A stretch of DNA of 63,910 nucleotides, filler included, from Platydemus manokwari (taxonomy: Eukaryota), in NCBI GenBank assembly GCA_037951405.1. It is 6 parts of 6 records of this genome, joined end to end, with 100 filler letters (N's around TTAATTAATTAA, not from the genome) between each part and the next. Parts side by side here need not be neighbours in the genome. Positions count along the whole stretch, not along the records: positions 54,591 to 63,910 come from JBBMOY011265540.1; 5 more parts are not named here. One strand, written 5' to 3'. Below the pieces are notes generated by a model. That model did no database searches. It worked only from the letters and a program-made list of their open reading frames with translations, and was not told the origin of the DNA. The position numbers were made by a program, and so were the translations under genes. How positions within the stretch are numbered: position 1 is the first letter of the stretch; every line of letters starts with the position of its first letter. Below, in pieces: positions 54,591-63,910 of this stretch.

Positions 54591-55484
54591 CAATATTAAA
54601 GATGGGAAAGTGAACATTTAAAATTAACTGAAAAAAGTCAATTATAAAAAAAAACTAGAACTAGAGCAGGAAAATAGTAAAAAAAATAGTAAAATGGTAA
54701 TGCCAAATGTTTACAAAGGAACTATTGAAGTAGTTTCATTGAAAACCCTACAGTGACCATTAACATTGTTGAGAAAGCATTGATTTTATGAAATGTATTA
54801 TTGATTATTATTATTATGGAAAGGGATTGTTGATTACTATTATTTTTAATCTAATAAACTCGATTATAGTCTTCACAACTATCTTACAATATGTTACCAA
54901 TCTACCAAATATATGGTTAACGATAATCACCAGGAAATGAAATTGAAATTGAGAAAATCATATAATTAATTCAATTTTTTTAACCTTTTTCGTTTGAGAC
55001 ATAATTTCATAATATAGACCTCGAATTTATTTTGAAAATATCGTAATAAAATTAATGATCCTATGAAATCCAGATATTGGTAGAAAGATGAACAAATAAA
55101 ATTGGTAGATGTGTTTCGTAAAATGTTAATTTTATTTTGATTCTGTTAAAAGCGATTTACTGAATAGATGCGCAGAAAATCTTGATCCAGCATTATATCT
55201 ATTTGAATTATTCTAGCTATTCTATATGTGTAATCCTATCCGAGCCAGACTACATATATTTCATATCTCTCATTACTTACTGTGATTATTTGTAAACAAT
55301 TTCAATAAAGCATTTGATTTTGGCGCTTAACTTCTGTAAATGATAAATATTACTGAAGATCAGTTATAGAATTTGAATTGTATTGTAAAATATTATCAAA
55401 CATTTTCAGACAGAAATGACTAAATTTGCTTTAAGTTTTATTTGTGATTAAATCATAAAAATTTTAATTGAAAAATAATACCAG

Positions 55485-55951
55485 GAAAAAAGAAGGCCAA
55501 TACACTATGCTTGCAAAAGTGGACATGTTGATGTTGTAAAAATACTCATTCATAATAAATGTAATCTTGATAGTGAAGATATCGTAAGTTCATTTATTTA
55601 TTGGATATTTATATTTGGTATCATTTAAATTGTCCATTATTATTTTTCATATGTGATTTTATTTTATTTTCACTTTATTTTTCATAAATAATAATATTTT
55701 ACATAAATACTGATAATAATTGACAATAATAGTATTTAATAATAATTTTCATTTCAAAATTATTACGCTATCTCTAATGATATGAACAGTCTGTTTTTTT
55801 ATTATATTAATTTATAACGAAAAATATTGAAAAAAATCAGAATGGTAAAACACCTCTCCATCTCGCTATTGAGAATAGACACGAGGCTTGTGCTGACATC
55901 ATTCTAAATGAAATAGAAAACAGGAAGCGAAAAATATCGAAAATAAAACAA
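55485..55951 (+). CDS. Ankyrin-repeat protein, partial: exons 55485-55583 and 55841-55951 (or read-through to the stop at 56077)
   Basis: 99-nt phase-0 exon EKRRPIHYACKSGHVDVVKILIHNKCNLDSEDI bounded by cag/gtaagt. The next exon reads NGKTPLHLAIENRHEACADIIL. Confidence 0.8.
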
Positions 55952-56079
55952 GTAATAACAGAAAAATCCAGATTGCCTTCAACTCACAAGGAAAGAATGA
56001 AAATGGCAAGTACATCCAGGGGTGAGAGAGAGAGAAATGTAGATTATATTTTCTTAATGGTTGGATCTGGATGGTGACG

Positions 56080-56795
56080 GTGTTGTTGTTTAGGTGTGTA
56101 AGATCTGCTATGACAGGGAGGTAGATTGCGTTCTCAGTTGTGGTCATGTTTACTGCATGACTTGTGGTAAGAAATTCGCCATTTGTCCAGTGTGCAGAAC
56201 AAGAAACACCGCTCAAATACGACTGTTTTTAGATTGAGTGAGAATTTAAATCCATAGAAATTTATAGGAATGTATTGTTTTCTTGACATTCATTGTTATA
56301 TAATTCGTCAAAAATTGGTCCGATGTATTTTTTTATGGAATAAAATATTTGTTTTCGATTATATTGCAATATAAATAATTTTAAATAATTAATTAATCGA
56401 TAGAATTATTGTTAACCAATGAAATATGAATTATAACTATTGATTAAGTATTTCGGTTGATAGGATTTGATCGAAAGTCAGATTATAATTAAATAATAAT
56501 CTATCAAATTATTTCACATAAATCAATATTTTAAATTTTGGAAATGACTTCATAAATACATTTCACGTAAAACCTTGCCACACATTTTTGATTTCATTTT
56601 AAATTATATTTATCTTTTATAAAAGTGTAAATTGGAATTGAATTATTTTTGTCAAAAACAAAAGTGTTGTGTTGTTTAGGTGTGTAAGACCTGCTATGAC
56701 AGAGGTAGATTTCGTTCTGAGTTGTGATTTTGTTTATTACATGACTTGCAAGAAATTCGCCATTTGTCCAATGTGTAGAACAAGAAACGCCGCAA
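56080..56795 (-). repeat. Local duplication of a segment of about 135 bp (56080-56215, 56665-56795)
   Basis: Both copies encode GVSCS.HWTNGEFL..SH..N..T.N.IYL and differ by small indels. Confidence 0.75.
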
Positions 56796-59700
56796 AAAAA
56801 TGACACTAACAAAATAGTAAACAATATTTATATTGTTGTGAATAGAAAAATACCAGTGGAAATTATATCACAATAATTATATTGATAAAATAATAATAAT
56901 TAATCCAGTGATAATAAAATAACAGTAATATTGATGTCAATATTATAAGACAGGTGACGATATCATCATAAAATATCATATATCTATAAAATAATGAATG
57001 AAAAGAGATACATATCGATACATATCATTTAAATAACTATGTTTCCGTTGTCCATCATTAGCATAATTATTTCTTTATTGATGTGTTGATCTGACCGAAT
57101 CAAGTGACATGCTTGGAATTTCGACGTCAATCGACAATCAATAATGTAGAAATTAATTATCACTATAATCAGATAAAAAAATATGTTTAATCATCATCTT
57201 TTATTCGATAGCAAAGTGTAGAAGTCTCTGTAAATGAGTTCATAACAGTAAGAAAATCAATAATTTTTCCATAAGAAATATTTTAATTAAGCCGATTGGG
57301 TTTCTTTAAAGCTTCAATGATTATTTTTCATCAAATATTTAAGTTGTTATACTTTATGTTTGGTTTTATAAATTTGATATTTTTGTTAAACAAAAGTCCT
57401 TTAAAATCGACCGGAAAATTATATTAATATTAGTTATTATCCTCGAATTGAAACTTAGTGCATTTTGTATTATTTATATTTATTGATTTTTTATGGATAA
57501 TCTTTATTGATTTTCTTGTATTGAATTTATCAATATTCCAATCTAATTAATTGATGAGATACAAAATTATAATTAAATATTGATTAATTCTTCACCGATA
57601 TTCATGATCAATTCAGTGAATACTAAATGTATAAATCTATTGAAAATAAATCTCATTTATGTTAATGATTTACTAATGATATCTGATGTACAGTAACAAA
57701 AAAATAACAAATTCAGTGATGTATTGATAAATAACACAGCGATTATGTCATAGAAATATGCAATCAATGAGAGCTATGAGTGATTAAGCATTATCCCGTT
57801 AATTATTTGATATTTTTCGAATTGTCTAGCAGAATATATCGGTTTTCATTCTCTCGTCAGTATTATTCATTTATTTTATTATTAACAATATTAGCAGTAG
57901 TTTTTATTCATCTATAATAAAAAATTTCTGCATCACATGTATATCGCTATAGTTGGATTTTTTAACCTCGAAAATGAGATAAAACTCTTATTTGAATCTA
58001 GTTTTTTTAATCGATATTATCAAATAAAGGGCATGACATTCATTAATAGCTATACATAAATTTTAATCCAAATGACTTATCAACTTCGCAATCAAACTCT
58101 TTTAAATAACCTTTAAATATTTTATAAATGATTGCAATAAACTTTGAAGAGCTTATTAATTTTCAAGTTTTTTACCTTCTTACGAGTGTGTGATTGATTT
58201 TAGTGTTTTAAGATTGTACTCTCATCTATTTCTTTCTTTTTAATTTTCAAATTTGATAATTTTTACGAATACACATCCTGGCATTTCTTTAATCACAGAT
58301 TTTCATTTACTCTCGGTACAACAAGCAGTTCTGTTTGTAAATTTTTACCAATTTAGAAATTCTAAACAAATTATTTTATCCAAAATTATATTATAATCTA
58401 AAAATAACCTAAAATAATTTGGAGTAAAGATAATAACTATCATCCATATTGAAGAGCAAATCGATTTATTCTTTTATTTTTAATGCTGACTACAATAACG
58501 CGGAAACACCGAAGTAGCCATTTAATCCAACGCTTTTCTCTTACAATTTAGCTTGAATAGAACTGTAATCAAACCAAACAAACTATTGTCAAGTAGTTGA
58601 GCGAAGCTTTATCCTCAACTGTACTTGAAAAGTTTATCTGTTGTCTTTATTATAGTCTAAAAATATACTGTACAAATATATTTCTTATTTATTGGCAGTG
58701 ATATCATTGAGTTGAACGAATAGTTATTGTTTGATACAGTTTTAGTGCACGTTTGTATTTCAAATCAAAATTTCGTGTACAGTTCACTGCATTATAATTT
58801 TCATCATAACATCAATAGCATCGACTTCGGTGTAAACCTTAGCGACCTCACTAGTATTTCAAACAAGTGGATATTATTGGAGACTAAATTCCGAATAACC
58901 AAAAAATTCTCGACACCAAAAATCGAAGGTTGCAAGCTTCGTTTCTAACTCACGTACCAATCAGTCCGACTTACAAAGTATCACTACGTCTGTATCACAC
59001 TTTGATTTGATCTTTACTGTTTCATGTTTCTATTGGGCTTATTGGTTTTTATGTGTGCTGGATTGATTAATCCGTATGGATGTTATTGTGTGACTATGTC
59101 CCTTTTTAAAATTATCGTTTTTCATCTAAGTGAACTATGATTGGTTGATTGTCATGGGTGTATGGTTGTGTAGGCATGTAAATGTTTAAAGTGCTAAAAC
59201 AAAACAAGATTTTGTCCGTACTCAACAATATAATCAATCCAATTAACTCATTCAGTCCAATACTTTCAACAAAGTATTGCATAACAGCTGATACTACCAT
59301 TAAACTTATTTTAAAACAATTTTGGTAAATTATTTTTATCAAATTCATTCTCGGGTTATAGCAGTCTCCTTAAACAGATCCGTTAAAAATTATTACATAC
59401 AATTTTCTAAAGCCCGACTGAATTTATCGAACCTAAAATTATTTATCTTTAAATTGAAGTAGAATGCTGCTTAGTTTATCCGTCGATTATAAGCACTTCG
59501 TTGCTTTTTAATTATCATGTAACACATTTGCTAAATTGTATTAAATTTAAGATAACTATTGTCTTTATTCATTGTTATTTATTATTTTTATTTACAAGAA
59601 ACCTATTAATGTATTGGCTGTCAAATCCTCTAAATATTTGAATTAAATAAAGGTTCAAATAATCGATTACAAATTGTTAACTACAGTTGAAAATAATCAC

Positions 59701-61488
59701 TTCTGTTGGGAAAAATAAGCAAAAAATAAAATAATAATAATAATAATAAGCAAAGAGCAAAGATAATAATAAATATAATAATGAAACGATTAATCAATAA
59801 TACGAATTCAGCCCACATATGCTGCCCTAACATGTCGGAAAATTTTTATAATTAAAAAAGGGAAATAAATAATAATTAATCACATCGGCATTGTGAATTA
59901 ATGCGTTACCTTTGCAACACTCTTGGGGGTATTGAGTCACCATAGTAAAACCTAAAAATAAAATAAATTGCTAAGACAACTGCGTTAAATTTTTTTCAAA
60001 AAATCATTTTTATCAAAAACTCCCACATACGCTCACGGAAAGAAATAGTATGAGAGCCCAGGGAAAGAAGGGGATTGACCCACAAAAATTCTAACAAAAA
60101 TTTTCAACTTATTAACTATCGACTTCTTTCGGATCAACTCTCTTGGATAGCATCGAATTGCTTACGAAAGATAATGATATCAATCGATCTGCTTAAGGAA
60201 TTCATTCATATTAATCGAACTTCCTACGTAATTAAATTATATTCATTGAGTTGAGGGATTTATTCACCTTGATCACGTCGCTTAACTTAGAGGGAGCACG
60301 AACATTCAGCAGATTAATCAATACAGAAGGAGCCTCCTTCAAAAATTATGACGCAATCGGTAGTTTTGATTATTACCTCAGCGCCAGAGTATAAAGCTGC
60401 AAGGATTTGTACTCGGTGCCACATTTAAAATTACTGAGATTCTCGGTACAAAGACGAAAGCAAGGGTTTTTAGCACTAAATTTTAAAAATTAAAATCGTA
60501 TCTCCTTTAGTTTTTCGTCCGAAGCAATGAGGCACTTAGTTCCTTACGTCGGTTTGTTTTAGAACTCTTCAGGGCATAACACTTACTTCTGTTAAGTATA
60601 TAGTATTTCACATTTGTCAATTTTTTTATAATAAAAGTATTAATCTTATTATTTCGTTGTTAGATTATATTATTATTATACTATCCGAATTACAAGCAAT
60701 CTAATTACTGATTAAAGTCAGATTATTGGTGGAATCATCATTATTCCGATTATAATCATCAATTAAAATTATCATTTATAAGTAATCACCAGATACTACT
60801 CAGCACAGGCTTGTAGGATTCTATCACTTCATAATTACACAAATATTCTCTGGAGTGATTAAAACGATATTCTACATCTTAGAGTTTGCGATTATGTATA
60901 ACGCGAACCACCCGAGAAACTAAATAATAACAAGCAATAAGTACAAAAAATTTGAAATAAAATAAAAACAAAATTAAACGAAAAAAATACAAAAATTAAC
61001 AAAAAATCAACATAAATATTCAAAAAATATACATCAAAATATGCATGAATATACAAATTTTATATATAGCAAATTCTATTCACAATAATAAATTTCAAAT
61101 AAGTTTACATGCTATTTGCATAATTTTCATTCTTATCTGTGTAAAAAAATCAAATTCAAATCTTTATTTTAAGATTTTTAAAATAAGGAGTCACTTTCCT
61201 ATCATTTATTTGTAAAGTTACTTTATCTATTCCTTGTTAAATTATAATATTATTTAATAATGCTAATATTATTTTCATTAAAATTAAATAAAATTAATTA
61301 GCGTTATCATTTTGATTTAAAATAGTTTTGTTTATTCGATGTAGTTTATCCAAAACCGTAAACCCGGTTTGTTTAATTTTGAAAATTTTCAGTTATTATT
61401 TTATTATCATTTGAAATTCTATAATTGAATTTCTTGCTAATAAAATGTATTTAGTCTCCTTGATCTGTAAAAATATAATATTTTAGAA

Positions 61489-62214
61489 ATGACTGCTAAT
61501 CATCAGAAATCAATTCTCAGGCAAGATACGGAATGTTTTATGGGCTATAAAAGAGATAGCAAACATAGAATATTCGTCAACAAAAGTCTCCAATTGGGAA
61601 AAATAAAATTCTTCGGTTTTGACATGGATTACACACTGGCAATGTACAAATCACCGGAACTGGAAATGATGGCTTTCGACATGTTGAAGAGGCGAATGAT
61701 TGAAATCGGCTATCCTCAAGATTTCAAAAATTTCACATACGATCCACGATTCCCAATTCGGGGATTGTGGATCGATAAACGATTTGGGAATCTCTTGAAG
61801 ATGGATAACTACGGCAATGTAATGATGGCGTTCCACGGTTTGAAACGAATGACAAATGCAGAAGTGCTTCAACAATATCCCAATAAATTCGTCAAATTCG
61901 AACAACCTCGTATTATGGTGACGAATACTCTCTACAATTTACCGGGTTCGCTTGATTGTTATTATTCATGATATGATGGTTTCACGATATTTTTTTTCAC
62001 CACATATAAATTGTTTTGTTAAATCAATCGTAAACCCAAATAAATTGATTGTTTTTCAGAAACTTATCTCATAGCTGCTGCCATCGATTATTTTGAATCG
62101 CGCAATATTTCCGAAAAAAGTGATGTCGGATTTTGCCTGTCCGATGATGTTACGATTTCGTATTCATCAATAATTGAGGATATTCGTGACGCAATGGAAT
62201 GCGTCCATGGAGGA
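61489..62214 (+). CDS. NT5C2: Cytosolic purine 5'-nucleotidase (cN-II), 5' part; exons 61489-61945 and 62060-62214, continuing beyond
   Basis: RIFVNKSL...FFGFDMDYTLAMYKSPE, YDPRFPIRGL, GNLLKMD. The splice restores NTLYNLPETYL and there is a donor gtgagt at 62215. An AG just before the ATG allows an upstream exon. Confidence 0.92.
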
Positions 62215-63569
62215 GTGAGTTCTTTAAACATCAAATTCTATTATAATGATATATTATTTGAATTTAATTTTTAAATAATTATTACATACTACTGATAGAA
62301 TTTATAAATAATTAACTAATTATGAATATATTTATTAATGATATTATATATTTTTATATTTGATTCTAGTGTTGATCTATTATTATGATAAAATTTAATA
62401 TATCTATGGATAGTATTTAATATTACTTATGCACTACTGTTTACATATGTAAGTAATATAATTCATAAAAGAAAATAGATGCTTTAAAAATTATTCCTGG
62501 GGTACAGTTTTTTGAAAAAATGATGTGAAAAAGATTTTTATATATAAATACATATTTTATATATCTGACATATATAAAAATTCAAGATTAAAATAATTCA
62601 ATATCAAGGAAATGTTAATATTACTCACTAACCAATCATATAATTGACTGTAATGTCATTTGAAAATTCCAACATCGATCAAATACTATTCGAAAAATCG
62701 CCAGACAAATTATCTGAGATAAATTGATCGATTATTTATTAACGAATATCTTCATTTAACTCCACATGATCAAAATTCCAATATCTTCTTTCCACCAATT
62801 GCTTTCAACACCAAAATATCAACCTCACAGCATTATCTTATCGTAAATTATTTAAAAATAATTATTTTTTTTAATCGATTATCATAATCTTTCCAATGGA
62901 TTATTTGTAGAATAGATGGACAGATTGTTTGTCTTTATCAATATTGATGGTTCCTTATGTAATTAATGGGATTATTATTGATACATAAGAACTGATATAA
63001 AAATATATTTATATACAAGTTTGTTAATATTTCATTTACTGATTGCATACTACTGATAGCAAATGTCACAAATAGATCTGGTTTCATTGAATAATCAAGG
63101 CTATTTAGTGTTAATTCAAGCGGCATTTTTCACTTGTTGTTTCGATTTGTATCTCAAAATCATGATGATCAAAACATGGAATATCGATTCCAGATATTTG
63201 CGTGACAATGACAAGCTGTTTTTGTTTTCAAAATGTTCAAAATCACCATTATGAATACGAAAATGATTATATATAATTGACAGACAGATAGTTATAATCT
63301 TTGAGAACCAAACCCATATTAATAATAGGTCAATTGTTAATAATACAAATCATAAGTGCAACAGATAAGATCTTGTAATAATGTGTTATTCATGTGGGCT
63401 TGGTTCTTAAAAATTCATCAAATCTGAAGTGAGTCCATCATTCGATAACAAATTACACTCGACTGTTCTCATTTTCATTGACCATGAACGTCAATCATTA
63501 CGTCATTGTTGAGCAATTATCACATTTATTCTATACGTATTTCATATGTCGACTTTATCTCATGTCCTT

Positions 63570-63591
63570 GTTATATTATTATTATTATTAC

Positions 63592-63631
<40 letters not shown>

Positions 63632-63687
63632 TTTATTATTATAATTATTGCTATTATTATTTTGATTTTTATTATTACTATTATTAC

Positions 63688-63735
<48 letters not shown>

Positions 63736-63750
63736 CATCTTTATTATCCA
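63570..63750. repeat. (ATT)n microsatellite
   Basis: Imperfect ATT run that explains the poly-N and poly-I ORFs. Confidence 0.95.
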
Positions 63751-63910
63751 TATTTTCATTATAACTATTTATTTGAGATATATTAATACTTTTATTTATA
63801 TTATTGTCAAATTATTATTGAGTCAATGTCCCATTTACCTTCCTCCTTATATCGAATTTGATAAACAATTGATTACAACTAATCAATATCGATTTTATTC
63901 AAATTCATAT

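Noticed and set aside
62680-63540. Coding-like minus-strand sequence in the NT5C2 intron
   Set aside because: Many stops and no recognisable motif.
63560-63759. Poly-Asn and poly-Ile ORFs
   Set aside because: Translations of an (ATT)n microsatellite.

Overview
This is very AT-rich eukaryotic scaffold DNA with spliceosomal introns as short as 44-56 nt. A planarian/flatworm origin is inferred from composition and gene style, not proven. The window is six contigs joined by five artificial 100-nt spacers (N44-TTAATTAATTAA-N44). Host genes: a two-exon uncharacterised HAD-like protein, an intronless rhodopsin-type GPCR plus a pseudogene copy, a small secreted Cys-rich protein, four-exon TRAPPC2, two ankyrin-repeat exons, and the 5' part of NT5C2. 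Most other recognisable sequence is decayed mobile DNA: five Merlin-type DNA transposons (two as a head-to-tail dimer), a Tc1/mariner relic, and LTR and LINE relics. The highlight is a decayed Polinton/Maverick (adintovirus-like) fragment at about 28.4-32.95 kb. It carries a single-frame Zn-finger + parvovirus-type PLA2 + integrase fusion, a viral 23-aa tryptophan-repeat gene, a membrane-protein gene and pPolB. The pPolB is split by a 926-bp non-coding retroelement-like insertion with a 5-bp TSD, PBS and PPT, whose 5' 'LTR' is a 422-bp foldback palindrome unlike its 3' LTR.
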